DNA from: Paragordius varius
Lineage: Eukaryota > Animalia > Nematomorpha
Assembly (NCBI GenBank): GCA_964247055.1
Contig: OZ176057.1
Coordinates: forward strand, 558,001 to 622,000
DNA length: 64,000 nt
Reading direction: 5' to 3'
A program made the translations under genes and the position numbers. Shown here one piece after another: positions 1 through 12,415 of the stretch; positions within the stretch are counted from its first letter, which is position 1, and each line of letters begins with the position of its first letter. The notes under the pieces were generated by a model. It was not told where the DNA came from. It saw nothing but the letters and a program-made list of their open reading frames with translations, and searched no databases.

Positions 1-439
1 TTATGTGTGTTAGGGCTAATATAACAACTCATTATTGATATAAAATATATCTTTATGGCATAGATAATTATTTTTTCAGTATTTTATTAATTTTTAACAA
101 AATTTCATAAAAATATAGATGATACTTAATCTTAAAAAACATATAATTTAAAGGTTGTGAATAAATTAAATATTGTAAAATATTTTTATTATATAAAATC
201 ATAAAATTTTATTTGGACATTTTTAAGTATTGTAAAATATCAAAAAAACTTAAAAACTTAAATAAAAAATTATATGTATTTATAAAAAAAATATATTTTT
301 GTAGAAAAATTATAAAATATAAAAACTTTGATTTTCACTAAAAACGTTAATCCCTAAAATTTTTTATGTCGTTTATTTTATCGAAAAATGTTTATAAATC
401 TGAAAATCTTAAATATTTATCATTAAAAATAACAACTCA

Positions 440-1745
440 AGAATCAAAAAAAACCTGGTATTTTGCTAAAATTAGATAATAAAAAATGCCTTTTCAAGTA
501 TTTTATCGATTATGCATTAGTGTTTATTTAATAATAAAAGTTTAAATCAAAATCAAAAACTATAGTAAAAACTTTACGTAATCAAATTTTTTTTGAAAAA
601 CTAAATTAGATTCCGAAAAATGCCATTTCCATTTTTTTAATTATGCAGTGTTCAATAAATATATGTTTAAAAATCAAAAAACTAAAAAATTAATTTAAAA
701 TATAGTAAAAACTTAATTAAATTAAAAAAATTAAAAAATCAAAATAACCCTAAAAATATAGTAAAAACTTTACTTAATCGATTTTTTTTAAAAAAACCTA
801 AATTAGATTTTGAAAAATGCACTTTTTACCATTTAATCAATTATTCACTGGTGTTTATTTAATAAATGTTTAAAAATCAAAAAACTAAAAATATCGAATG
901 AAAATATAATAAAAACTTTACTTAATCGAAATTTTTTTTTAAAAAAAACCTAAATTAGATTCTGAAAAATGCCATTTCTAAATTATAAATTAGTGTATAT
1001 TTAATAGATTTAAAAACTAAAAAACTAATTTATAATAAGATAAAAATTTTATTTAATCGAAATTTTTTTTTAAAAACCTAAATTAGATTCTGAAAAATGC
1101 TTCGTTAAGCATTTTGTTAACTATTAGTATTTATTTAATAAATAAATGTTTAAACAAAAAAAAAACTAATTAAAAATATAGTAAAAACTTTATTTAATCG
1201 CAAAAAAATGGGTAAAAAACCTTGATTTTTGCTAAAATTAGATTCTGGAAAATGCCAATTAGGATTTTATTAATTATTCACTAGTATTTATTTAATAAAT
1301 GTTTAAAAATCAAAAAACCATAAAAACTAGTAAAAATATAGTAAAAACTTTTCTTAATAGCATAAAAATGTGGGAAAAAATTAAAAACCTAAATTAGATT
1401 CTGAAAAATGTCCTTTTAGGCATTTTATAAATTATTAATGCTTATTTAAATGTTTTAAAATCTAAAAAATCTAAAAAACTAATTTAAAATTAATAAAAAC
1501 TTAATTTAATCAAAAAACTAAAAAACTAGTAAAAATATAGTAAAAACTTTACTTGATTCGAAAATTTTTTTAAAAAACCTAAATTAGATTCTGAAAAATG
1601 CCATTTCCATTTTATTAATTATTCACTAGTGTTTATTTAATAAAAAATCATAAAAACTAGTAAAAATATAGAAAAAACTTTATTTAATCAAAAAAACCTT
1701 GATTTTTGTTAAAATTAGATTCTGAAAAATGCCCTTTTAAGCATT
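440..1745 (-). repeat. Tandem array (9 copies, ~120-200 bp period) of the PTPN9 exon-7 3' end plus donor and intron start
   Basis: The core AAATTAGATTCTGAAAAATGCC recurs near 469, 601, 800, 951, 1080, 1235, 1390, 1580 and 1712. The last copy lies inside the coding exon. Confidence 0.8.
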
Positions 1746-4700
1746 GTAAAATCCACCCTCTATGATCATGTGTGAGTTCGGCATCTAAAATGGCTTGTAA
1801 AATTTTGTTGTCCGATTTGGGAATTTTATTTTCATGCGCAACATTGTTTGGGGTCGTCGTCGTAGTATAAGCAAAAGTTATCTAAAAAATTAATAAAAAA
1901 ATTTAATTTAAGTATTAAAATATTGGAAATATCAGAATAATTAATTTTTAGCAAAATAAAATTAATAAAAAAAATTTAATTTAAGTATTAAAATATTTGA
2001 AATATAATATATTAATTATTATAGAAAATAGCGTAAAAAATAATTTATGAGAAAACAATTTTGAAATGATAAATATTTATTTAAATGAAACAAAAAATAT
2101 ATAAAGTATAAAAATAAATTGTAATTTAAAATAAATTGTAATAAGAATAATAAAATTAAAAAGACAAAAAGATTTGGAATTATAAAAATTTATTTATCAT
2201 AGTAAATGCAATTAATCTATTTAAAAAGTAAATTTTAAAATAAATGTTAAATAAAAATTAAATATAACACATAAAAAATATTTAAATCATTATTTTAGCC
2301 AGAAATGTAAAATTAATCTTTATGAAATAATTAAAATTTAAAATAAAAAATATAAAATATTTAAAAAGATATGAATTAAATTAATAATTTTTTTTTAAAA
2401 AAATATATATTTTTTGGTATAAATTAAATTTTAAAATAAAGTATTATATTGGGTGGTAGTGCAAGGGTATTTAATATAAAAATTATGCCATTTGCACTTC
2501 AAATTGGTTCTTAAACGCTTTAAATTGATCCTTGAACACTTTGAGTTAGTTCTCAAACACTTCAAGTTAATCCTTGAATATTGGTCTTTAAACACTTAAG
2601 TTGGTCCTCAAACACATCAAGTTGGCCTTGGTTGGTCCTTGATCATTTTAAGTTGGTTCTTAAACACTTCATGTTGGTTTTTGATCATTTCAAGTTGATC
2701 CTTGAACATTTCAAGTTGGTTTTTGATCATTTCAAGATGGTTCTTGATTAGCTTAAGCTGGTCCTACACTTTAATGTGATCACCTTAAGCTGGTCCTTGA
2801 TCACTTTAAGATGGTCCTTGATTAGTTTATGGTCCTTAAATATACATCAAGGTGTTCCTTAAACACTTAAAATATCCGTGGACACTTGAAGTTGGTCCTT
2901 AAACACTTCAAGTTGGCCTTGGCACCTCAAGTTGGTCCTTGATCACCTTAAATTGGATTTTAAACACTTTAAGTTAATCTATAAACATTACAAATTTGTC
3001 CTTAAAATTTTTAAGTTTAATTAAACAATAAATTTTGCATGTATTTATTAATTAAATTATTTTTAACGTAATTTTTTTATATATATTGATTTAAAATAAT
3101 TTTTTTTTATTCAAAACCATTTTTGTTTTAAAATTTAATTCCAAATTATAACTTCTAATGTTTTTAATAAAAAATTGGAAATCACAGAAATACATATATT
3201 TACATATTTTTTTAATAACGCGTCAAAATATAAAAAAATAATTAAGAAATGAAAAGATACACGGTTTTTGCATGATTAAAAGTTATTATTAATCAAAAGT
3301 TTATGTTAAATGAAGAAAATAGCTTAAAAATGATAAATAGATGAAATGATTATAAGACGATTTGATTAATAAAAGTTAAAAACAAAACAAAAAAATTCAA
3401 GGACCATCTGTTCAAGACCACAAAAAATTTGGAAAAAATCAAAAATATAATTACTTAAAAATACAAAAAAATTTGAGCTAAAAAAAGTAAAGAAATCCCA
3501 AAAGTATTTAAAAGATTTAAATTTTTTTTATTAATCTATAATATTTAAAAAAATCAACGAAATATTTCGCTTACTCGAGACACAATTTTTTGTGGGATTA
3601 AATATGTGATGAGACTTAATATTCCACAAAACCAAATTAAATGATTCTTTCAAATATGTAATAAATTTTATTAAAATGTATACCAATCTCAACATAATTT
3701 AAAGTTAAAATATTAAAATAAAATCACTAAAAAATTTAAAATCTTAAAACAAAAATTCAAATATATTACTTACTCGAGAAACAATTTTTTGTGGAATTAA
3801 ATATGTGATGAGACTTAATATTCCACGAAACCAGAAAGGACTATTAATCACCAATATTTGACGCAATCGTATTGGATAAGCACCCTAAAATAAAATTATT
3901 GAAATTATAGTAAAAATTCAAATAAATAAAATAAATTATAAAAATCAAATAAAAATAAATAAATTACAGTAAAAATTGAAATAAATTTTTTTTATCAAAT
4001 TTCAATAAAATGACAATAAAATTATACGGAGACAAAAAAAATGTACTATATAGATTAATAATTTTAACAAAACATACTTTTTCGCAAACCTCTTAATTTT
4101 CCTTTTATAAATTATTTGATCAAATAAAATTGTACATATGTAATTGATTGTTTTACAGGTTAATACAATGAGTTATCTAAAAAATCAAGATTTTAAAGTA
4201 TGGCTGGTTACCTTTTGAAAAAAAATATTAGTCTTTATATTTTTACCTTTTGTCCGTAGATAATATCAATCAAATTTTACTGTAAAATGATTGAAAAAAT
4301 AATTTTGAAATATAAACGATATATTAATTATTTTTAACCCAATATTATAGATGATTAAAAAAATGAATTTTTATTTATAATTAAATTTTATAAAACTTGT
4401 TATAAAATTTAAACTTTTTAACTTAAAATATTAATTTTATATGATTGATAATCTAATATTATATATAAATGATCAAAATTGATTAAATAAAAACTAGATT
4501 TTTTAAAAAAACATTTAAAGTTAATTTCAAAAAAAGCCTTAATACAGAAAAATGAGGCGGTGTTTTAAAAAATTAAAAAAAAATAGTTTTCTAACCATTT
4601 TTAATATATTATATAATTTTATATATTAATTAATATATAAAATAATTTATTTTGCGTTAAAAATATGCTACATAAACAATAATATTAACTATCTTTAAGT

Positions 4701-7676
4701 TTTAAATTTACAACATTTTACTATTTATAAAATAACCTGTATTTTTTCATTTAATTTTTTTGAAAAAAAATAATTTAAAAGCAATCTTATTTTTTTACAA
4801 AAATAAAAATATATTTTAAAGTTAAAAATTTTTAAATCATTATTATTGGTTTTATATGCGGCAAATTTTTAATTATCTTACAATCTACTCGATTGCGAAA
4901 ATAATTTAATTTTTTACGTATTAATTTTTATGATATATTTGCACATAAAATGATTCAGATTATATACAGACAAAACGTGAAAATATAAATGCGAATATTT
5001 CTTTTTAACAAAATAAAATTTTACTTTTTAAGTATTTTTATAAATTGTTTTAAACTGCAAAGTATAAAATAGAGATGTATATATTTTATATTATAATCAT
5101 TTGCATTTTTACAATTTTAATAAAAAAATAATTATTTATAAGGGAAAAATTCTGGTTGTAATGAAATTATGTTTAAAAAAATATACAATTTTAATAAAAA
5201 GAAATTCATAAAAAAAATTAGTTAAAAAGTATGTTTTTAAAATATATTATAATAAAAAGTAATTTATAAGTAAAAAAATTAAGGTTTTTTTGAAAAAAAA
5301 TTTTGTCTTTATATTTTTACTGTACAGTATTTTAATCAAAATATACCCGTAAAAGTGTTAAAATGCGTTGAGCTTGTCCCAAATCAAACTGGGAAAATTT
5401 GGCATTTGTCATATCATACACAAATATGATACCTTGTCTCTGTACTGTTGGACTAACAGGAATAATAGATTAAAAATTAAATTAAGCAAATTTATAAATA
5501 CCATTTACAGTTCAAATTCACCCTTGAACAATTCAAATTCACCCTTAAACAATTCAATTCACCCTAAAACAATAAATTCACCCTTAAACAATTCAAATTC
5601 ACCCTAAAACAATTCAAATTCACCCTTAAACAATTCAAATTCACTTTAAAACAATAAATTAACCCTTAAACATTTCAAATTCACCCTAAAACAACAAATT
5701 CACCCTTAAACAATTCAAATTAACTTTTAAACAATTCAAATTCAACCTAAAATAAATTTTGTGTTCTATAAAATTAAATATTACATATTTTTTTTATATT
5801 TTTATGAAATATGGAATTTTGTTTAAAATTAATATAATACTGAAAAAATGATAAATTATGGCATAATATTAGATTTTATATCAATATTTAAATATATTAG
5901 TGCTCGAAAACACATATTTTATTTTTAGGGTGAATTTTAGTTGTTCAAGAGGTATTTGAATTTTAAATATTATCTATATATATATATATATGTATATATA
6001 TGTATATATATGTTTTAAAAAAAATAATAATATATTATAAATTTCAAATAATAAAAAAATTATAACAATTTAATTAACAGCTTTTAACGTTAAATTCACA
6101 ATGTAGTTTTTAAAAAACTTCGGTAATTTAAACGTTAGAAATACCATTTACAGTTCAAAAAAACCTCGAACAATTCAAATTAATTCCAAAAATAAATTAT
6201 ATGTTTTCGAACTAATAAAACACATATTAATATAAAATAAAATATCTTCTTGGTATAGTTTACACATTTTCAGTTATACTTTAAAACAAAATTTTACTTT
6301 TTATAAAAATAGAGGTAATTTTTAATTTTAAAAAACTATAATTTATTGTAGGGTGTATTTGGATTGTTCGAGGGTGAATTTGAATAAATGATATATTTGC
6401 TTTCTTGAAAAATTTTAAAGCCAAAGTTAGCATGAATATATTTAAAATTTAACCAATATAACAACCAGTATATATTTATAACTTTACGGAACTAAATGAC
6501 AAAAATAGTTTTTTTTAAAAAAAAATTATAAAACAATGTTAACTTTTGATGATAGATTCATTTTAAAAAAAATTTTGCTGTTTTTTTGTTTAAATCGAAT
6601 TTTTTGACTATTTATAAAAATATATGAATATAATATTAATTTGCTAATATAAATTTTTATCGCAAAAATTCTTTAGAAAACAAATGTTTGCAAAAAACAA
6701 ACATCAAAAGATCAAAAATTAGCCATTTAAATTTTTTAGAGTTAAAATTGATAACATTTAATTACAAAGGTAGTAATTAAATTAATTTGAGGCGTAATCA
6801 TCTAAAATTAAAAAAATGTAAAAAGGCAAAGATGACTCATATATTAAAAGTATTGCCAAATAGTTGATATAACGTTATATAATAATTAACTTTGATGTAT
6901 TTAATTATTATATAAAAATACATCAATTTAATAAAAAAACAAATCAATAGGAAAAATCGAATTTAAAAAAACTTTATATAAAAAATATAATTCTTATAAA
7001 AAAATAATTTTAAAATAATTACTCTAAAAGTGCGGAATCGAATTGGAATAAAAGGGCTTTAAGAACATCATTTTTAGTTTCGGTGTCATTTGAATTTCCG
7101 CCATCTTGGTAGCGCAGACGATAAATTGCCACGGTGTGGGGATTAGTTTTAGCTTTAATCTTTAAAACATTTAAAAATTTTTGTAAAAAAGTTTTAATTT
7201 TATTTAGGTGAAAGGTAAATTGCTAATGAACTCTAAAATAAATGTTACAAAATCAAGAAAAAATAAATAAACGTTACAAAAATTATATTTAAAATATGAT
7301 ACTTGTCCATATTAAATCAATTTTTACTGTAGTACAAAAATGTTTAATTAAATATAACTATAGTAAATTTATCAGAATCCAAATGTTGCCGTATTTTGTG
7401 ATCAACAGGGTCAATATCATTTAGATTTTCTTTTTTTCTGGTAAGCTAAAATATAAATTAAAACAAAAACTTCATGATTAATGTAGAGATGTATGGCCCG
7501 ATTAACATCAAATTTTCTGGCCATACAAAATTTCAGGCCAGTGTTCCAGGTAGGAACTTTAACATCTTCAGAAAGATTACAAATTTTAGGAATTCTCTCC
7601 ATAAACACCTTCATAGTCTGGATTTTAAAGTTAACATAAAATTCAAAACCGCTTCTTCGTCAGGCGTGAGTTCCAT
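1698..7676 (-). CDS. PTPN9: Tyrosine-protein phosphatase non-receptor type 9 (PTP-MEG2)-like, N-terminal CRAL-TRIO/Sec14 region; probably 3'-partial (PTP domain expected beyond the left edge)
   Basis: Hand-spliced exons 7676-7650, 7617-7471, 7445-7359, 7159-7023, 5452-5347, 3884-3774, 1881-1698. All introns are GT-AG and phases are consistent. Translation: MELTPDEEA-TMKVF...KFCMARKFDVNRAIHLY...LTRKKENL...DSDKFTI...VLKALLFQFDSALL...VQRQGIIFVYDMTNAKFSQFDL...GAYPIRLRQILVINSPFWFR. This closely follows human PTPN9 (ELTPEEEQATKQF...KFLMARKFDVLRAIELF...TQRNGLVFIYDM...GAFPARLKKVLIVGAPIWFR). The last exon either splices at 1698 or reads to a TAA at 1684-1686. Confidence 0.87.
2488..3420. mobile_element. 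Family B element (CCATTTGCACTTC terminus, 21-bp CACTTCAAGTTGGTCCTTAAA array of ~20+ degenerate units)
   Basis: Long array at 2495-3010 and a decayed right arm near 3395-3420 (approximate end). Confidence 0.75.
5501..5972. mobile_element. Family A MITE in PTPN9 intron
   Basis: CCATTTACAGTTCAAATTCACCC start and ~11 array units; degenerate right arm (approximate end). Confidence 0.8.
6144..6391. mobile_element. Family A MITE
   Basis: ATA|CCATTTACAGTTC start; GGGTGAATTTGAATAAATGA|TATA end. Confidence 0.75.
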
Positions 7677-7932
7677 AATGACATCAAACCATATCTAAAT
7701 AGCATATGCAAAAAATAAATTATTTTTACTGCGCATTTTTCAGCATTTCTATGTGATTTTTAATATATTTCCAAATATGTTTTTAAATATTTCCAACGTC
7801 TGCCGATTTTTTTAAGGTTTATAAATTTTGGGGGTATAACTTACTAACTTTGCAAAAAAGTAGTTGTTAATTATTTTTGGAATTTAGCTTAAAAATTTCA
7901 CATTATTTTTATTGATTCTAATATCCAGAAAA

Positions 7933-8024
7933 GAGTGTAACAGGCTTGCTCCCTACTGTCAGTCTACTCACAGGACGACCCTTACCGCCTAAGGTTTTAT
8001 ACCCCTCAGGGCAGGGGTACGATC
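7933..8024 (-). ncRNA. Candidate box H/ACA (scaRNA-like) small RNA
   Basis: GC-rich island in AT-rich intergenic DNA. On the - strand: hairpin TACCCCT-gccctg-AGGGGTA, then ATAAAA (fits ANANNA), a second hairpin with UGAG in its loop, then ACA + 3 nt + TTTT. Structure inspected by eye only. Confidence 0.35.
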
Positions 8025-8252
8025 ATTGTTATAGCTTCGAAACATATGCAATGAAACGATTAACAAAAATAATCGATATAAATAAAGTGCCCAAAATGAT
8101 TTATGATAACAAAGCGAACAAATGGCTAGCGAGTTACGGATTTACAAAATTAATCATCAAAATATATTACGAAAATCATGTTTTATTTAAAAATTTTTAC
8201 CCTTATTTTATCAGATGCGCATGTTTTTGATGTTTATTTTTGAAAACACCGC

Positions 8253-10636
8253 ATGAAAAGTCCGAACCCCGTTGTATTCTTTGATATTATGATTGGAACA
8301 ACTGTATATTACCAAAATTTATTTATTTTTTTATAGGAAGTTGGTCGAATAAAAATGGAACTTTTTGCAGATGTAGTACCTAAAACAGCCGAAAATTTTA
8401 GGTTTTTTATCTTTTTAATCCCGTTTTTAGACAATTTTGTACAGGGGAATATAAACGAGATGGGATTCCAATGGGTTTTAAAAAATGTCGTTTTCATCGC
8501 GTTATTAAAGACTTTATGATTCAAGGCGGAGATTTCCTAAACAATGATGGAACAGGTGTTATGAGTATATATGGGGGAACATTTAAAGATGAAAATTTCA
8601 CCCTAAAACACGATAAGCCTGGTTTACTTTCTATGGTTTGACACTTTTTTACATATTTTTAAGACTTCAAAATAGTTTTTAAACCATGAACCATTTAACC
8701 ATTTATAAATAATTTTTGAAGGTTTACAAACATTTCAAAAATGATGGCAAAATTCATAGATAGAAAAAAATATGTTTTGTCCCTTAAAGAATATGTTAAA
8801 ATTTTTATTATTTCGCAAAGTCGCTTATCAAAACATATTTAAACAATAAATATTTTTATAGGCTAATTCAGGAAAAGACACCAATGGTTGTCAATTCTTT
8901 ATAACTTGTAGTAAATGTGATTTCTTAGACGGGAAACATGTCGTTTTTGGTTAGTTTTTTTATCTTAAATTTTTTTTTGTTTGAATAAACTTTTAATATA
9001 TTTTTTTGAACCTATATTAATTTTTATTTTGTTGTTAATTATTTTTGCAATATAATTCTCTATAGATTATGAATGTAAATCACCTGATTCAAATTATATT
9101 ATTTTTTTGAATGAAAGTTTTGTTAAATACAACTTAGATTTTATTCTATTTTTTAAGAACTGAGAAAGATTTAAAAGTTTTAAATTATTTTTATACCTAT
9201 GTAATGAATAATTTTATTAATTTTTTTAGTAATACGGAAAAATGAAAATGTTGTAAATTTAAAATTATTTGGAAAATTTAATAAATAACTGTTAAAATAT
9301 AATATTTTTTTACATAAAGTATCCCGTAAGGGAAGGCATTTGTTACGGAAAATTCGAATTGTCAAAAATATTTATTTTTTTTTATTTTTAGAAAAATTAA
9401 TGAGAATATTTTTTTGGGAATGAGAAATTTAATAATTTTTTTAATTTTAAAAATATGTTATATAACCATTCTATTGTTATTGAGGGTCTTTTAGTGTTTT
9501 AAAAAATTAAATGAAAATGTTAAAATGAAAAAAAAATATTTTTTTATTTCTTGTTAATTTTATTTTTAATTTTGAATAATTAATTTACAAATTTTTTGGG
9601 AATGGAATTGAATATTTTTATAAAAGATATATTTTAGTGTTAAGAAATATTAAAATGGCAAATTTATTCTTTTATATATTTTTAAAATAAATTATTAATA
9701 ATTTACTTAGGTGTCGCGTTATTGAACGTCTTTTAAGTTACGAATAATTAATAATGTTAAAGCCTAAAATATCCTTATATTCCTTTTTATTTTTAGAAAA
9801 TTAATTGAAATATTTTGGGAAAATTGAATTTGATTTATATATAAAATATATTATAAAAAATCATTTTATTTAAAAAAAAATTTAAAAAATTAATTTATAA
9901 TTAATATAATTTTTCTACATAGGTCGCGTTATTGAACGCATTTTAGTATCTAGGAAAAAATAAATGTAAATCTTAAAATTTGAAAAAAAGAATATTTTTG
10001 TTTCTTGTTTTATTTTTTTAATTTTAGAAAATTAATTGAAGAATTTTATTACATTTCAAATATATTAAAAAAAACCATTTTTATATGCAAAAAATCCTAA
10101 AAAAATTATAAATTTTATAATTTTTCGTACATAAGTGTCGCGTTATTGAAGGCCTTTTAGTGTTACGGAAATTGATAATTTTATACCTAAAATATTCTTA
10201 TATTCCTTTTTATTTTTAGAAAATTGATTGAAATTTATTTTTAATTTTAGAAAATTTATTGAATAATTTCATTAAATTTCAAATAAATTACAAAACCATT
10301 TTATTTGCAATAAATCTCTAAAATTTTTTTATTTTTTTCACATAGGTATCGCGTTATTAAAAGCTTTTTAGTATTACAGAAAATTAAAAATGTTAAAACC
10401 TATAATATTTTTTGTTCCTTTTTATTTTTAGAAAATTAATTGAAATATTTTAAAAAATCATTTTATTTAGAAAAAATCTAAAAAAAATCTTTTTTTATTT
10501 AAAATTAATCTATTTTTCATCTATAGGTCGCGTTATTGAAGGCCTTTTAGTACTGAGAAAAATTGAAAATGTCCCCACAGGTCCAAACAACACACCCAAA
10601 ATCCCTGTCATAATTTCTGAGTGTGGTGAAATGTAA
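8253..10636 (+). CDS. PPIH: Peptidyl-prolyl cis-trans isomerase H (cyclophilin H, U4/U6 snRNP), 172 aa
   Basis: Exons 8253-8303, 8337-8401, 8431-8635, 8862-8949, 10527-10636 (519 nt). Translation [12 protein letters not shown]...[21 protein letters not shown]...[15 protein letters not shown]...[69 protein letters not shown]. The C-terminus is diagnostic of PPIH. Confidence 0.97.
9470..10575 (+). repeat. Tandem array (~210 bp period) of the PPIH last-intron acceptor plus first ~45 nt of exon 5
   Basis: (AG)GTCGCGTTATTGAA..TTTTAGT recurs at 9710, 9922, 10135, 10345 and at the true exon (10526), with a fainter copy at ~9475. Confidence 0.88.
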
Positions 10637-10757
10637 AACATATAACGAAAATCTTTTTAATTTTATATTGTGTATAAATTTAGGATATTTTTATGACATT
10701 TAAAAAATAATTTGTTGGGTAGTATATTGATTGAATAATATCTTTTTTGTTAATATA

Positions 10758-11195
10758 CCATTTACAATTCAAATTCACCCTTGAACAATTCAAATTCACC
10801 CTTGAACAATTAGAATTTACCCTTAAACAATTCAAACTCACCCTTAAACAAATAGAATTTACTCTTAAAAAATTCAAATTTACCCTTAAACAATTCAAAT
10901 TCATCCTTAAACAATTAGAATTCACCCTTCTTAAACAATTCAAATTCACCCTTAAAAAATTCAAATTACCCCTAAATATAAATTATGTGTTTATGGGATA
11001 ATATAACTCATTATTAATATAAAATATATTTTTACGACATTGTTTATTATTTCAGCATTATATTAATTTTAAAGCGAATTTTATTTTTTTATAATATTAG
11101 AAAATAAAGATTTTTCAATAAATATATTTTAAGGTGAATTTGAATTGTTCAAGGGTGGATTTAAATTAAAGGGTGAATTTGAACTGTATAAATGG
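10758..11195. mobile_element. Family A MITE (TATA|CCATTTACA...TAAATGG|TATA), 21-bp CAATTCAAATTCACCCTTAAA arrays
   Basis: Terminal inverted repeats with TATA on both flanks; about 10 array units in the left arm. Confidence 0.88.
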
Positions 11196-11501
11196 TATAT
11201 ATTACTTTGTTGTTAATAAATCTTGGATGAAATGTGTATTTATAATAATAAAACGAATTTTTCTGCTATATGATGATCTATTTTAACTTATTTTATATTT
11301 GGCGTATAAAAATACCTAAAATGTGATAGTATAGTAATTGAAAATAACAAAACGATGTCATGAAATATTATCTTAAATAACGCAAATTCCAATTTATTAA
11401 TTGATTAATTTTACCAAAATTTTCAATTCTATTCTTGTTTTGCGATCTAAAACTTAGAAATAAAACGGTTTAAAACGATTATGGTGGTTTTTTTAATAAA
11501 A

Positions 11502-12415
11502 CCATTTATCTTTTACATTTTCAGTCAAAAAAACATTTTTATCGGTCAATTTAAACATTCTCCCAATCAATAAAAACGTTTTCTCAATCAAAAACGATTT
11601 ATTTTTTGATGATAAATATCAAAACAAGATAGAAACATAACTTTTAATCATTTTTAGCGTAATATTAGGATATTATTTTTTATCAAAGCACAATCATTGA
11701 ATGTTTTTCCAATTATATTCCAATGCACAATCATTATTAGATATATTTTGGATATTGAGTATTCTTAATAATATTCTGGGCTAACTTATAAAATGTATAG
11801 TTGCGGATGAAATAATAAAATTCATGATAATATACTATATTACACTTCAAATTGTGGTTTTAAACATGTCAAGTTTCTCGATAATAAAATACTGTCGGAA
11901 AAGAATATCTAAAAAAAATTTTTTTTTGAAAATGTTTTTTGGTTTAAAAATTTTAAATAAAAAAGGAATTTGTTAAAAACACAAATGGCTTCGCGGGCCG
12001 CATTTTTAACTCAAAAAGCACGGCGTTACGCATTCGATTTTAGACATAAAACTATAAAATACACATTTAATTCGTTGTCAATTTAATAGACACATTCAAA
12101 GAAATTGAGTAAATATAAATTTTACAAAGATTTTGTTGGTGCGAACCATCGATAAAATAAATATTTTCAAAAATATTCTTGTATTCCAAGAAATCATCCA
12201 GATAATTAAATATAATTTTTAAAGTCATTGTTTGTTCATTGAAATGTATTAGGAAAAGTGTCATTCAACAATTGTGTTTTTTTTACAAAAAATAATAATC
12301 CAATATTAGGCTGATAATGGTTATAAATTATTTTTATATTATTTTTTGATATTTATCATCAAAAATAAAACCGTTTTTATTGAATGGGAAAATGTTTCGA
12401 TTGATTGGGAAATGC
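11502..12415. mobile_element. Decayed family C foldback copy
   Basis: Shares the arms (TTGATGATAAATATCAAAAC..CAGCGTAATATTAGGATATT) and the loop motif AAATGGCTTCGCGGGCCG...AAAAAGCACGGCGTT with 22383-23775. Ends GATTGGGAAATGCTATA. Confidence 0.75.

Noticed and set aside
7099-7110. YY1-like motif CCGCCATCTTGG
   Set aside because: It lies inside a PTPN9 coding exon (codons Q-D-G-G); probably coincidental.
7946-8230. 94-aa ORF between PTPN9 and PPIH
   Set aside because: It starts at TTG, has no recognisable domain, and its GC-rich part is better explained by RNA-like structure on the opposite strand.
7933-8250. Telomerase RNA (H/ACA + CAB 3' domain)
   Set aside because: No telomeric template (CUAACCCU or variant) is visible upstream on the same strand, and the available interval is short and AT-rich.
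10680-11001. ORFs with 7-aa periodicity (also 5368, 22366, 23517, 23551, 26356, 48920, 54382-54659)
   Set aside because: These are translations of the 21-bp MITE arrays or (TA)n tracts, open on both strands, with no splice or homology support.
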